Source: a virus. From it: a stretch of DNA of 64,000 nt. The notes below the pieces were generated by a model that was given only the letters and a program-made list of their open reading frames with translations, was not told the origin of the DNA and ran no database searches. Of the stretch, positions 9,309-20,049 are shown piece by piece. The DNA is taken from the IMG/VR virus record IMGVR_UViG_3300032214_001034, positions 10,469 through 74,468 of that record, one strand, 5' to 3'. Numbering within the stretch: position 1 is the stretch's first letter; each line of letters opens with the position of its first letter. The position numbers were made by a program, and so were the translations under genes.

Positions 9309-12300
9309 ATGGCAATCACCTCAGAAAAACTCCTAAACAGATCATCAGAACTTCATAGACGTTATGGTGGAAGACTTGCTATGCAGAAAGCACTGCAAGA
9401 AAAAATGGTAAGTGGTGCTCCTTCTAATGTTGTTTTAACAAAAAAATCAATAAAAGATATTGAAGGTATTAAAGTCAATATTATTAAGATTGAAAGTATT
9501 TTAAAAGGGACTCTTGCTGTTGAGAAAAAATCACTTGATGAAAAGAAAAGACAGGAGAGTGGAAAGAGAAGAGAAAAGCAAGAAGAAAAGTTGGAAACAA
9601 AACCACAAGCAGAAAAGGGTAAAATAAAAACTCCTGAAGTACCAAGAATGGGATTTCTTGATTGGGTAAAGAACTTTATTGGAAATGTTATTCTTGGATA
9701 CTTTGCTGTAAGGATGCTTGATTATCTACCAAAGCTAATTCCTATTGTAAAGTTTCTTGGATCTGCCACAGATTTTGTAATCAACACTGGTGGAAAACTT
9801 TTAGATGGTTTGATTACTTTTGTTGACTGGGGTTACAAGGCGATTGATGCAACCAATGGATTTATTAAGAAGATTGGTGGAGCAGGTGCTGCAGATAATT
9901 TCGGAAAGTTTTTGGGTCTAATTGATAATGCTTTATTCTTAACAACTACTATCGCTGGTGCGATGGCAGTTGAGGCTTTGACCTCTGATAGTGGCGGTCG
10001 CGGAGATGTTGTATCAGATCAAATAACAAAAAGAGTTTTTCAGAAGGGAGCACAGCAGGCGGCAACAAGTGCAGCTGGTCAAGCTGGTGGTGCTGCTCAG
10101 GCTGGTGGATTGGGTGCTGGTGCAGTAGCAGGTATTGTTGCTGGAGCTGGACTTCTTGCATCTGCTTTAGGTGAGGGTGCATTTCAACTTCGTAAGGTTG
10201 CATCAGATCCTATAAAAAGGAAAGAAGATGAATTTAGTAAACTGAGTTGGTTTGACCCAAGAAAGTACTTTGTCGGTGCTCAACTTGGTGGTATGAAAAT
10301 GCTTCTTGGACCTTTAGCGGCCATTGGAGTAATGCTTGATATTGTTGGTGCTCCTTTTAGATATGCTATTGAACTTCTTCGTTATCCATTCCTAAGTGAA
10401 GAAGATAAGAAAAAACAAGCATACAATCTTGCAAAATTTGATGCAAGAATTCGTGAAGATTTTAGAAAAGGATTGAATATGCTTACCCTTGGATTTGCTT
10501 TCAAGGAGAAGGGTTCTTTTGGAAACATTTATGGAAACAAAGGTGCTCAAAAAGAAATGATGGGTAAGATGGCTGGTGGTGGAATTACAAGAGGTGGTAA
10601 AGCGCAAACTGGAGCAAGAAGAACTATAGGTGGAGATAAGAAGAAAGGAAAGTATAAGAGAGCTCTTGCAAGAAAACCATCAAAAACTCAATTCAAAGGA
10701 GATCCTAAAAATCCTTTAGTGAAAACAGGGCAAGAATTAGATAAAACAAAATACTTTGGTCCAGTCCTTGCAGTTTCAACTAAACTTGAAGCAAAGGAAG
10801 AACCAACTCAAAAGGATTATGATAATGTTGGATTGGGTCTAAACTTATTGATTGCAAAAGGTCTTGAAGAAGGTCAACTGAAAGGTGGATTAGTTGCTGC
10901 TTTTGCTGAAGGTGGTATGGTCAACGATGAATTTTTAGAAGCAGCAGAGAAAGGAGTTGATGTTAGTAGCTGGATTAGTAAAACATTTAGAACTGAATTT
11001 GAAACTAATGCACAAAAAACTTTAAGATTGATAAGAGAAAGAAAAGAAACAAAGGAAGGTGCAGCAGGAGTTCCTGGATCTGAAACACCTGGTTCTCCCG
11101 ATATGATTAATATTCAGGGAGGAGACGTTGACTTCTGGACATTAGTTGCTGTTGCTTCTAGGGAAGATGGAGAACCACAAGCATGGGCAGATGTTGCACA
11201 ATCAATTTATAATAGACTTGCATCTGGAGCTTATACTGGAAAGACTATTAAGGATTTAATTCTTGGTCAAATGCAATATGAACCCACTTGGAAGTTTCCT
11301 AAACCGGGTGTAACCGGAAAACCAAACCAAGAGTGGTATGCAATCAAGGATGCTGCTAGTGCAGGAATAGCAGCAGGTCAATCTGAAGGTGCTATGAAAA
11401 AAGTTGCTGCTGCAATTTTGGACCCAACATTGCAAAAGAATGCACGAGAATTTATTCAAGGCAGAACAGATTTTAGAGGATATAGTGTGAGTGGAGGAGT
11501 TCAAAGAAAACCTGGTGACAATTACTATGGATGGTATAACAATTACCGTGCAAATAAAGTAGGTTCTGTTCCAAACTTTGGCGCAACTGCAACTTCTACT
11601 GGATCTGGTCCTGGTGGAACATTTGTTGGTGGAGGAACTGGGTCTGGTTATGGAACTGGTGGTGTGAAAATTGCTGGTGATTTGGGTGATTATATGAAAG
11701 CAAATAGAGGTAAGATTGGTGTTACTGGTGAAATTCACCAACACCCAAGACATCCTGGACAATCTAGACGTAATTATTTTTCATATCACAATCAAAATAG
11801 GGCACTTGACATTGGTGGATGGGGTCCAGCACACCCAAGTTCTGGTGGAAGAGATGAACAAGCACCAGTAATCAGAGCATTGTTGGAATGGAATAAGAAA
11901 AATGGATATCAACCTGTTGAGATTATTCATGGATCTCCTGCATTTAAGGGACTTGGAAAGTACGAATCTTCACCTAATGCACTTCACTCCAATCACGTTC
12001 ACGTTGCATATGCTTTGGGTGGAAGAGTAAGAAAACCTACTTATGCTATTGTTGGAGACAAGGGTCCTGAGTTTATATTTGACGCAGACACCACTGCAGG
12101 ATTAGATAGACTTGCTCCTGGTATTTTAGAAAAACTTAACGTAGCAAAAACAAAACCACAACTTGCAAGTGTTCTTCAATCCTATGCTACATATGAGCAG
12201 CCATATGGTGAAACGCAAGTTATTGAAGTTCCTGTAGAAGTTCCTGTTTCTGTGGGTGGGGGTTCTTATGGATCTTCTGGTTCTTCCATAGTGTTTGCTG

Positions 12301-12344
12301 GTAAGAGAGATGATCCATTTGATACTCTGTATCAAGGTGGGTAA
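9309..12344 (+). CDS. Tape-measure-like protein with putative cell-wall hydrolase and peptidase domains
   Basis: N-terminus paralogous to 6942 ORF; SleB-like E..DVAQSIYNR...TIKDLI....QYEP; M15-like H....ALDI...H.NHVHV; A.GG and VGDKGPE motifs. Confidence 0.55.
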   Translation: MAITSEKLLNRSSELHRRYGGRLAMQKALQEKMVSGAPSNVVLTKKSIKDIEGIKVNIIKIESILKGTLAVEKKSLDEKKRQESGKRREKQEEKLETKPQAEKGKIKTPEVPRMGFLDWVKNFIGNVILGYFAVRMLDYLPKLIPIVKFLGSATDFVINTGGKLLDGLITFVDWGYKAIDATNGFIKKIGGAGAADNFGKFLGLIDNALFLTTTIAGAMAVEALTSDSGGRGDVVSDQITKRVFQKGAQQAATSAAGQAGGAAQAGGLGAGAVAGIVAGAGLLASALGEGAFQLRKVASDPIKRKEDEFSKLSWFDPRKYFVGAQLGGMKMLLGPLAAIGVMLDIVGAPFRYAIELLRYPFLSEEDKKKQAYNLAKFDARIREDFRKGLNMLTLGFAFKEKGSFGNIYGNKGAQKEMMGKMAGGGITRGGKAQTGARRTIGGDKKKGKYKRALARKPSKTQFKGDPKNPLVKTGQELDKTKYFGPVLAVSTKLEAKEEPTQKDYDNVGLGLNLLIAKGLEEGQLKGGLVAAFAEGGMVNDEFLEAAEKGVDVSSWISKTFRTEFETNAQKTLRLIRERKETKEGAAGVPGSETPGSPDMINIQGGDVDFWTLVAVASREDGEPQAWADVAQSIYNRLASGAYTGKTIKDLILGQMQYEPTWKFPKPGVTGKPNQEWYAIKDAASAGIAAGQSEGAMKKVAAAILDPTLQKNAREFIQGRTDFRGYSVSGGVQRKPGDNYYGWYNNYRANKVGSVPNFGATATSTGSGPGGTFVGGGTGSGYGTGGVKIAGDLGDYMKANRGKIGVTGEIHQHPRHPGQSRRNYFSYHNQNRALDIGGWGPAHPSSGGRDEQAPVIRALLEWNKKNGYQPVEIIHGSPAFKGLGKYESSPNALHSNHVHVAYALGGRVRKPTYAIVGDKGPEFIFDADTTAGLDRLAPGILEKLNVAKTKPQLASVLQSYATYEQPYGETQVIEVPVEVPVSVGGGSYGSSGSSIVFAGKRDDPFDTLYQGG

Positions 12345-12367
12345 ATAGAAATAAGAGGTAATATGAA

Positions 12368-13723
12368 ATGGCAAATCAAATAACAACCAAGTCAGCAGAA
12401 GCTTCTAATATAAAGCAACTTGACATCATATCAAATAAAGATGGTAAAAAGGTAAGTGTTGCTGGTGGTACAGTTGGTCTTTTGTATTATGAGAGCATCC
12501 TACAAGACTCTGTAAGAGCAACACTTACTTTTGCTGATGCGGGAAATACCATCAACAACAAAACTGCTTTAGACGGACTCCCTATAGTAGGTCAAGAAAA
12601 AATAGAAGTTAAATTCGCAGATAATAATAACAATGAAATAAAATTATCTTTGTATGTGAATAAGGTTACACCTATGTCCGATGATACAACCAAGTCTTTG
12701 GTGCAACTTGATTTAACTTCCAAAGAATTTATTATGAATGAAAAGGTAAGACTGAATAAAAGATTCGATGGAAAAATATCAGATCATATACAGAAAATAT
12801 TGACCGATCCAAATTATCTTGGAACAAAGAAGAAAGTGGATGTTGAAGAAACATCGAACAACTATAACTTTGTAGGCAACAACCGTAAACCATATTATGC
12901 TATGAACTGGTTGTCTAAAAAAGCAGTGTCTGCAAAAAATCAAAAGCAGGGTGACAGTGCTGGATATTTTTTCTATGAAACATCTGAAGGATTTTTCTTT
13001 AAATCTATTGATGGATTACTTGCACAAGAAAAGAAGAAATCAATTATCTATAACCAAACACCAGATTCAAGAGGAGAAAATATACCTGCTGGATATGACA
13101 TAAAGGCGCTTGATTATGTGAAGGATAATGCTGTGGATGTTCAAGATAAACTTCAGATGGGAGCATTCTCAACTAGAACTATTCTATTTGATCCTTTTAC
13201 ATGCTATTATGAGGTTATTACACCAAACGCTAAGGAAAAGGAAAAGTCATTAAAACTTGGCGGAAAAGAACTCCCTGTTTTAAATAAAGAATTTGATCGT
13301 GAAGGAAATAATAAAGAGTTTTCCAGAACACAATATATGCTTCTTGATAAAGGAACTTTACCGACTGGTAGTGGAATTGGTAAAGGTCAGGAGCAACTCA
13401 ACAAATCGAAGGAAGAAAATTTCCTTCCAAAAGATATATTGAATCAAGCGATTATGAGATATGGTCAGTTGTTTTCTCAGAAGTCAACGATTACAATTGC
13501 AGGAGATTTCTCACTTCATGCGGGCGATGTTATATTCTTAGATGCTCCAGAACTACAGACAGAAACTAAGAATGATGATGTAAACAAAGAAAGTGGAGGT
13601 CTATATATTATAGCAGATTTATGTCACTACATTTCCCCCAAAGAAACGTATACTAAGTTGAATTTGGTTAGAGATTCTTTTGGTAGGAAAGGAAATCACA
13701 CATCAGGTAGTATTCCACTATGA
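12368..13723 (+). CDS. Baseplate hub protein (gp27-like)
   Basis: YYESI, GYFFYET.EGFFFKSID.L, I.GD..L.AGD.I, SGG.Y.I..L.H motifs; upstream of gp5. Confidence 0.6.
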   Translation: MANQITTKSAEASNIKQLDIISNKDGKKVSVAGGTVGLLYYESILQDSVRATLTFADAGNTINNKTALDGLPIVGQEKIEVKFADNNNNEIKLSLYVNKVTPMSDDTTKSLVQLDLTSKEFIMNEKVRLNKRFDGKISDHIQKILTDPNYLGTKKKVDVEETSNNYNFVGNNRKPYYAMNWLSKKAVSAKNQKQGDSAGYFFYETSEGFFFKSIDGLLAQEKKKSIIYNQTPDSRGENIPAGYDIKALDYVKDNAVDVQDKLQMGAFSTRTILFDPFTCYYEVITPNAKEKEKSLKLGGKELPVLNKEFDREGNNKEFSRTQYMLLDKGTLPTGSGIGKGQEQLNKSKEENFLPKDILNQAIMRYGQLFSQKSTITIAGDFSLHAGDVIFLDAPELQTETKNDDVNKESGGLYIIADLCHYISPKETYTKLNLVRDSFGRKGNHTSGSIPL

Positions 13724-13938
13724 AAGATAGAAGCATACAACAACATATTAATGATGATAAAGACCTTTTGGACAACTCAACTCTCTCGCCGCAGATGAGA
13801 AGACATGTTGAGGATGAATTGACACATCTGGAAAAATATCATGCTAATCATCCAGATGAAGATCATGACCCAACTCCATTTGAAATGTACTGTGATGAGA
13901 ACCCAAGTGCATTAGAATGTAAAATTTATGAAGATTAA
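13720..13938 (+). CDS. cp12: CP12 Calvin-cycle inhibitor (auxiliary metabolic gene)
   Basis: 72 aa ending FEMYCDENPSALECKIYED, the CP12 C-terminal two-Cys motif. Confidence 0.9.
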   Translation: MKDRSIQQHINDDKDLLDNSTLSPQMRRHVEDELTHLEKYHANHPDEDHDPTPFEMYCDENPSALECKIYED

Positions 13939-13944
13939 TAACTG

Positions 13945-15738
13945 ATGGAAGGAGGATCTTTATTTAATCCTGGTTTTTTAGGTGGTAGTTTTCTCTGGTG
14001 GATCGGTCAGATTGCCGATGATTCCACCTGGAGAGATAATATCCTGCCTGGAAAATTTGAGAATAAAGATTCTATTCCAGGATGGGGAAGAAGATATAAG
14101 GTAAGAATCATTGGTCTCCATGATAAAGAAGAGGAGACTATTCCATCAGATCAACTTCCATGGGCTCAGGTGATGTATCCTGTGACCGGTGGTGGAGGTC
14201 AAACAAATGCAGGAGCAACAGCAAACCTAAGACAAGGTAATTTTGTTTTTGGATTCTTCCTTGATGGTCAGGATCAACAAGTACCTGTAATCATGGGAGT
14301 GCTTGGAAACAATGCACAAACCGCATTAAATACAAGGTTTCAAAATTTTGCAGCGACAAGTGGTTATGTAGAAGGAGCAGAACCGAAAACTGGAAGTGCT
14401 AAAGAAAGAGTTCCAGATGAAGGTCTTGTAACAACCAAACCAAAGAGTCCGCAAGTATCTCAACAAACCGCTACTCCTCCGCCAGGAGTTAGACTCAATC
14501 AGTTTGGATTAAGACCTGATATTGCTCTCACGAGAGAACAACTAACTGTTGCACAGCAAGCAAGACAGACGGCAAGAGATCGGGGGTTGCCACCAGAACA
14601 AGTAGAAGCAGCAGCACAGCAAGCAGTTGCTGATTTAATCAAGAACGATAGACAGCAAGCAAATTCTAAAACTGCACCATCTCAACCTGGTGCAACAAAA
14701 GAAAATGTTGATGCAGTTCATCAACAGAGTGCAAGTGATGTAAAACGTGAAGACAAGATGAAAGAGAAGATTTCTCTTTTGAAACCTTGCGATACTACCG
14801 AGTCTGCCATAAAAGCAATACAAACCGAAATTGAAAATGTAACAAAAAAGATTGAAAAGTATTTGAAGGCAATCAATAGTTATGTTGATGCAGTATCCAA
14901 TACCATTTCCAATATACAAAAGGTTATTTCTGATGCTGCTTGTATAATTGCAAAATATATGAAAATACTTTTTGATAAGATTATGGAATATGTTTTGAAA
15001 CTACTTAATAAAGAACTCACGAAAGTTGTTTCGGCTATGCCATCCAGCATGAGACAAATGTTTGGTGACATAAAAGAAATCTTAACAGAATTGATTCTTT
15101 GTCTTTACAACAAAATTACAAATGGTCTTTGTGGACTGATTCAAGATCTTCTTAACAAAGCACTTAAACCAAAAGAACTTGAAGCAATAGTAAGAGCAAG
15201 ACAGTTTGATGATCAAGTTACAGTCCCAGAAATTCCCGTTTGTGCTGCTGAAGATTTTGTTGGTCAAGCAGTTTCTGCAAGTAAAGAGCAGATTGACCAA
15301 GCGAATAATACTATTATTGATAATCTAAATGCATTCCTTGATGATATTCAAGGAGAACTTGCTGGAGTAAGTGGTGCATTATCTGACATTACTTCTTTAA
15401 TAGGTAATATCAGTGGAGCACTTACTGCTGCTTTTGCTTTCGAGAATATTAAATTGAATGTATTTGGGTGCGAACTTGCTCCAAATTGTGCAGTATCTGA
15501 TTACTATACATTCTCTCGTGGAGGATCATCTGCTCCAACTAAAGATAAGCCAAGTGCGAAAGGTGTTTCTGACGTTGCTGCTAAACCGACAAATGCAACT
15601 GCACCAACAGAAGTTCAGTATGTTGGTCCTACCAAAAACACTCAAGACTTACCTACAGGTAAAACTTCTGGACAAACTAGAGCAGCTGGGGCTGGAACTC
15701 AAGCAGAGTTGAATCAAATTAACTCCGGTGTAGCATAA
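13945..15738 (+). CDS. gp5: Baseplate hub/spike gp5 N-terminal (OB-fold) protein
   Basis: WWIGQI, RYKVRIIG.H, LPWA.V..P, VFGFFLDG...Q.PVIMG; no T4-lysozyme motif seen. Confidence 0.8.
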   Translation: MEGGSLFNPGFLGGSFLWWIGQIADDSTWRDNILPGKFENKDSIPGWGRRYKVRIIGLHDKEEETIPSDQLPWAQVMYPVTGGGGQTNAGATANLRQGNFVFGFFLDGQDQQVPVIMGVLGNNAQTALNTRFQNFAATSGYVEGAEPKTGSAKERVPDEGLVTTKPKSPQVSQQTATPPPGVRLNQFGLRPDIALTREQLTVAQQARQTARDRGLPPEQVEAAAQQAVADLIKNDRQQANSKTAPSQPGATKENVDAVHQQSASDVKREDKMKEKISLLKPCDTTESAIKAIQTEIENVTKKIEKYLKAINSYVDAVSNTISNIQKVISDAACIIAKYMKILFDKIMEYVLKLLNKELTKVVSAMPSSMRQMFGDIKEILTELILCLYNKITNGLCGLIQDLLNKALKPKELEAIVRARQFDDQVTVPEIPVCAAEDFVGQAVSASKEQIDQANNTIIDNLNAFLDDIQGELAGVSGALSDITSLIGNISGALTAAFAFENIKLNVFGCELAPNCAVSDYYTFSRGGSSAPTKDKPSAKGVSDVAAKPTNATAPTEVQYVGPTKNTQDLPTGKTSGQTRAAGAGTQAELNQINSGVA

Positions 15739-15780
15739 TAAATATGATTATGGCAAGCAAGATGGAAAAAATATAATAGC

Positions 15781-18700
15781 ATGTCATTCAATATTTTTGA
15801 CTTCCCCAGAAAATCTGATATAACAGTTGGTTATGTTGACCCAATTTTGGGATATGTAACAGGTGTATCAATTTGTGATGCAAATGAATATGCCAAAAAG
15901 AATCCTGGTACAACATTTGTTTTTGAAACGAGAGATGGAATCAGATATTTAAATATTAATGAAGTTAATCAATTAACACCAGAAGATCTTCCTTCATCCG
16001 CTGATACTTGTACAGGAATTGTAGTTGAAGGTCAAGCAGAATCTCCCTCAGTTACTTTTTCTGGATGTGGTGGAGTTGGTGCTGCAGGAAATCCTGTTTT
16101 TGGAAGAGATGGATCTTTACTTGCAGTTGATTTGATCTCTGGTGGATTTGGTTATCAATGTCCTCCTCTAGTTGAGGTTAGAGATGAAACTGGAATTGGA
16201 GTCGGTGCAGTTACTCGCTCTATTCTTGTAGGGGATCCTGAGTATCCTGACTGTACATTTGTTGATACTTTTGAAGTTTTTGATCAGGAAGATGACTTCG
16301 AAGACTATCAGATTTGTGATCCAGTTGATGATGTTGAATATGGAACAAGATATGATCCAGATGGGAAACCAATAGGCAGGTGGGAACCAACTCTTTATGC
16401 GACTCTTTCTAGAGATCCAATTGCAAGAGAGATACAAAAATATCAAGACTTCTTACAAAAATTAAGCACGCCTTGGTGGAGTACTAGAAAGGAAAACCCT
16501 TTAAGAGTTACGTCTGGAAATAGAACTACACGAATCAAACATGATGTTCAACATCCTGGGTGGGGTGGAGAGTATGGTATAGAAAAAAGTGAAAACTTTA
16601 AAGAAGTAACATTTAAGGTTTTTACTTCCGGTGGACAAGATAAGGGACTTGTTCTTAAATTTACATCACAAGATAAGTCTCATACTTTTAAAATTAAAGC
16701 GGATGATTTTAAAAATGATGAAACCGGTCAAAAAGTAACCGAGAGAGTTAAAATCAATACAATTTATAATGTATCATCTGAAGGATCTTTTCGCGGAAGG
16801 GGGACTGAGAAAGGTATAGTTAATGCATTGGGAAGAGGTGCAAAAGAAAAAAATCCAACAGGAAAAGAAGTAGTTATAAGTGGAAATACAATATTTGCAG
16901 ACTTTTTAGAAAGTTCAAATGATAATGATGACTTGCAAGTAGAAGCAACTTTAGGAAAGTTTACTTCTAAGCAAATTGGAAAAGGATCCAGCAGAAGTAA
17001 TTTTGATTTAAAGTATGAACTGAGGGATAATTCATCCTATACGAAACCAGCAAAGATTGATGATAGTTTTATGAATAAGTATGCTATCTCACCAGTTCCC
17101 CCATCAAATGCCCCTGGTAGTGATTTTGCTGGACAAGAATTTACTATAGAGTGGGAAGAAAATTTTCCTTATGATGGTGAGTATGTTTTTCGTGCTCAAG
17201 CAGATAATATTGGAAGATATTATTTGGATAATGAAAAACTAATAGAGACAACTCAATTTAGAGCAGATCAAACTCCAAAGGTTGTTAAGAAGAATGTTAA
17301 AGCAGGTGTTCATCGCATCAGAGTTGATCTTTACAATGTTCCAATCGTTCAAAACTCTCCATCACAACCAAAAACTATTTTTAATACGGTTGATTATATT
17401 GGAAAAGCAGACAGAAAACTTTGGAGACTTGATCCTAGAGCTGGTAAAGATGCTGGATTTATAAACCAATATGGTGTTCTTCCATTTGATCCCAACTCTG
17501 ATAGAGCACAGTCCGATGATTTTTCAGGAACTCATGTTATTCGTTGGGAATATGTTGAGTTTCCTAAAGATGGAAACTATAATATTGAAATAATGGTCGA
17601 TGATAATGTTACTCTTTATATTGGAAACAGAGATGGTGGTGGAGAAAAAGGAATTGGAAATGGATTAAGATCAGTGGATCAAGGTGGTGATGAAGTTATT
17701 ATTAGGAAGGTTGGATATAGTTCTCCTAGTAGAAGCACTGGTAAGAGTTTAGAAACCAGATTCTTCAAAGCAGGAAAGTATAGAATTCGTGCTGAACTGG
17801 AACAAATTAAAGGAAGACCACTTTCTGGTGGTAATCCCATGGCTCTTGCCATTAATATTGAAACAACTGCCACTGAGCAACAGGTAGTTTCGGCAAGATC
17901 TTGGAATGACAATCCTATGGGTGCTGCATTAACAATTGATGCACCTATGCCACCTATTCCACAGGAACCAATTCCTCAGCAGGAAGGTCGTTGTCCTAAT
18001 AATCCAATTTGGACTACACGATTCCCAGGCGCAAAAGAAAAGTGGTGGCCTGTTAAATTTCAAAATGCTCCTGGTCTACCGTCCTGGAGTAGATTTATGA
18101 ATCGCTATGCGATCTCTCCTATTCCACCATTAGCAAAACCTGGATCTGATGGTGGTGGCATTATCTATAGAAATCAATGGGATGTTGATATTCCTTATGA
18201 TGGATTCTATGCATTTAAATCTACTGTAGATAATGCTGGTAGAATCTTAATTGATGGTAAACCAGTCATGCAAGCAAACTACATTCCAACAACCCTAGAA
18301 AATACTAGAGGTGGTAGTGGTAGTGAAAGAAGAAGTGGAATTTCTGCAATCGGTAGTGATGGAATTATATACAACTGGAGAGAGGAAAATCCAAAGTCTA
18401 AAAAGATATTTTTAAGCAAAGGATTGCATAAGATTGAGATTGAAGTTGAGAATGGAAAAACTAATACATTTCAAAAAATTGATAAGAAAATTTTTAGCAC
18501 CAAAGATTGGTTAGTTCCTCCTCCTGCACCTTTACCATCTATTTCTCCAACAGAGTTAAATATTTCCTATGTTGGTTTGAATCCTACTAATACAAAACTA
18601 AATGTTAATGGTAATCGTATAAAGATAAAAGATGGTGATGGGAATGATGCAAATGCAACATTCTCAATTGTTTCCTCCGATCCAGGAGTTAATGCAAGAT

Positions 18701-20025
18701 TTTCTTCTGATGGAACTCGCATCGAGTATGATGGATCTGGAAAAATAAAAATAAAGTTGGAGTGGAATGATAATCCATTTATAGCAGGGGTTGCTGTTAA
18801 AAGTATTAGTGTTGGTGGAGTTACTTTAACTCAAAACGACACAAGTGGTACAGAGACTAAAAATATTACAGTAAATAAGCAAATAACTTCTCCAACAACA
18901 ATCAACAAATCTCAAACTGTTGATGGTGTTAATTTTGAAGGACCAACACAAATCGCAAATTATAGAGGAGATTTTATTTCGCCAGTTTTGCAAAATGTGA
19001 ATGCTTTCCCTAATGATGAAATTCAAGGAAAGAGTTGGACTTTCAGATGGACAAATGTTGATTTTCCAGTTGATGGTCAGTATACTCTTGAATCTGAGGC
19101 AGATGATGAATTAGTAATTAAAGTTGATGGTATTAGAGTTGGTTCTTCAAAGGTATTTGAAGGTAGAAGAAAGACAACTTTTAATGCAACTAAAGGAAAG
19201 AAAACTATTGAATTAGAATTATCTAATATTCGTATACCTAATACAGGATTCCAACAAAATCCTACTGTAGGATTTGCTCAAATAACTGTACCAGTTGATG
19301 TTGCTACTGGGGTTGGACAGCCATGGTCAACAAACCCTGTTGGTATTTCTGCCATTCTAATTCCACCTCCTTGTCCAAAGAAAGTAACTGGAAAAGGTGT
19401 TGTTTGTAGAGTCGTTGTAGATGATCCTGGAAATGGATATCCAACCACTCAGGGACCTGGATATCCTGCAGCACTCAGACTTAGAAGTGTTGAGGTTGAA
19501 AATCCAGGAATCAACTATAACTGTGGAGTAGATCAAATTCAAATCACTCCAAGTAATGGTGCTCAACTAGGTTATGAGTGTGATACTTTTGGTAGAATTA
19601 TAAGAGTAAATGTATTAAATCCTGGTCTTGGATTTACTGAATATCCAGAAATATCTATTGTATCGCCTCCAGGTGTTGAACCAACTGGCGTTAATGCAAC
19701 ATTTAGACCTCAGTTTGAGATTGTAAGAGATCCAATCGTTGTTGATCCTGAGATCATTATTCAAGTCACAGATCTTGTTGGTCTTAAGCAGACTGGATAT
19801 GTTGATGGTCGTCCTTACTACGGTGCCGTATACTACAAGGATGGAGTTCGTTATGCTGGATTCTATCAAACGCCAGGAGAACTTGTTCAAGTTTATGATA
19901 CTCTTCAAGAGAGCATTGATGGTGTTGTTGTTACACGTCCATCTGCAATCCAGAGACAGGGTACTGATATTAGCAGTAATGATCCAAGACTCAATATTCC
20001 AGGCACGCCTGATGAAATCATTTAA
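15781..20025 (+). CDS. Large virion protein with repeated PA14-like domains
   Basis: Four segments of type W...FP.DG.Y.F....D[DN]...[LY].[ILV]D...G.H.I..E. Confidence 0.6.
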   Translation: MSFNIFDFPRKSDITVGYVDPILGYVTGVSICDANEYAKKNPGTTFVFETRDGIRYLNINEVNQLTPEDLPSSADTCTGIVVEGQAESPSVTFSGCGGVGAAGNPVFGRDGSLLAVDLISGGFGYQCPPLVEVRDETGIGVGAVTRSILVGDPEYPDCTFVDTFEVFDQEDDFEDYQICDPVDDVEYGTRYDPDGKPIGRWEPTLYATLSRDPIAREIQKYQDFLQKLSTPWWSTRKENPLRVTSGNRTTRIKHDVQHPGWGGEYGIEKSENFKEVTFKVFTSGGQDKGLVLKFTSQDKSHTFKIKADDFKNDETGQKVTERVKINTIYNVSSEGSFRGRGTEKGIVNALGRGAKEKNPTGKEVVISGNTIFADFLESSNDNDDLQVEATLGKFTSKQIGKGSSRSNFDLKYELRDNSSYTKPAKIDDSFMNKYAISPVPPSNAPGSDFAGQEFTIEWEENFPYDGEYVFRAQADNIGRYYLDNEKLIETTQFRADQTPKVVKKNVKAGVHRIRVDLYNVPIVQNSPSQPKTIFNTVDYIGKADRKLWRLDPRAGKDAGFINQYGVLPFDPNSDRAQSDDFSGTHVIRWEYVEFPKDGNYNIEIMVDDNVTLYIGNRDGGGEKGIGNGLRSVDQGGDEVIIRKVGYSSPSRSTGKSLETRFFKAGKYRIRAELEQIKGRPLSGGNPMALAINIETTATEQQVVSARSWNDNPMGAALTIDAPMPPIPQEPIPQQEGRCPNNPIWTTRFPGAKEKWWPVKFQNAPGLPSWSRFMNRYAISPIPPLAKPGSDGGGIIYRNQWDVDIPYDGFYAFKSTVDNAGRILIDGKPVMQANYIPTTLENTRGGSGSERRSGISAIGSDGIIYNWREENPKSKKIFLSKGLHKIEIEVENGKTNTFQKIDKKIFSTKDWLVPPPAPLPSISPTELNISYVGLNPTNTKLNVNGNRIKIKDGDGNDANATFSIVSSDPGVNARFSSDGTRIEYDGSGKIKIKLEWNDNPFIAGVAVKSISVGGVTLTQNDTSGTETKNITVNKQITSPTTINKSQTVDGVNFEGPTQIANYRGDFISPVLQNVNAFPNDEIQGKSWTFRWTNVDFPVDGQYTLESEADDELVIKVDGIRVGSSKVFEGRRKTTFNATKGKKTIELELSNIRIPNTGFQQNPTVGFAQITVPVDVATGVGQPWSTNPVGISAILIPPPCPKKVTGKGVVCRVVVDDPGNGYPTTQGPGYPAALRLRSVEVENPGINYNCGVDQIQITPSNGAQLGYECDTFGRIIRVNVLNPGLGFTEYPEISIVSPPGVEPTGVNATFRPQFEIVRDPIVVDPEIIIQVTDLVGLKQTGYVDGRPYYGAVYYKDGVRYAGFYQTPGELVQVYDTLQESIDGVVVTRPSAIQRQGTDISSNDPRLNIPGTPDEII

Positions 20026-20049
20026 ATAGTAAAATAATGATAAGATAAA

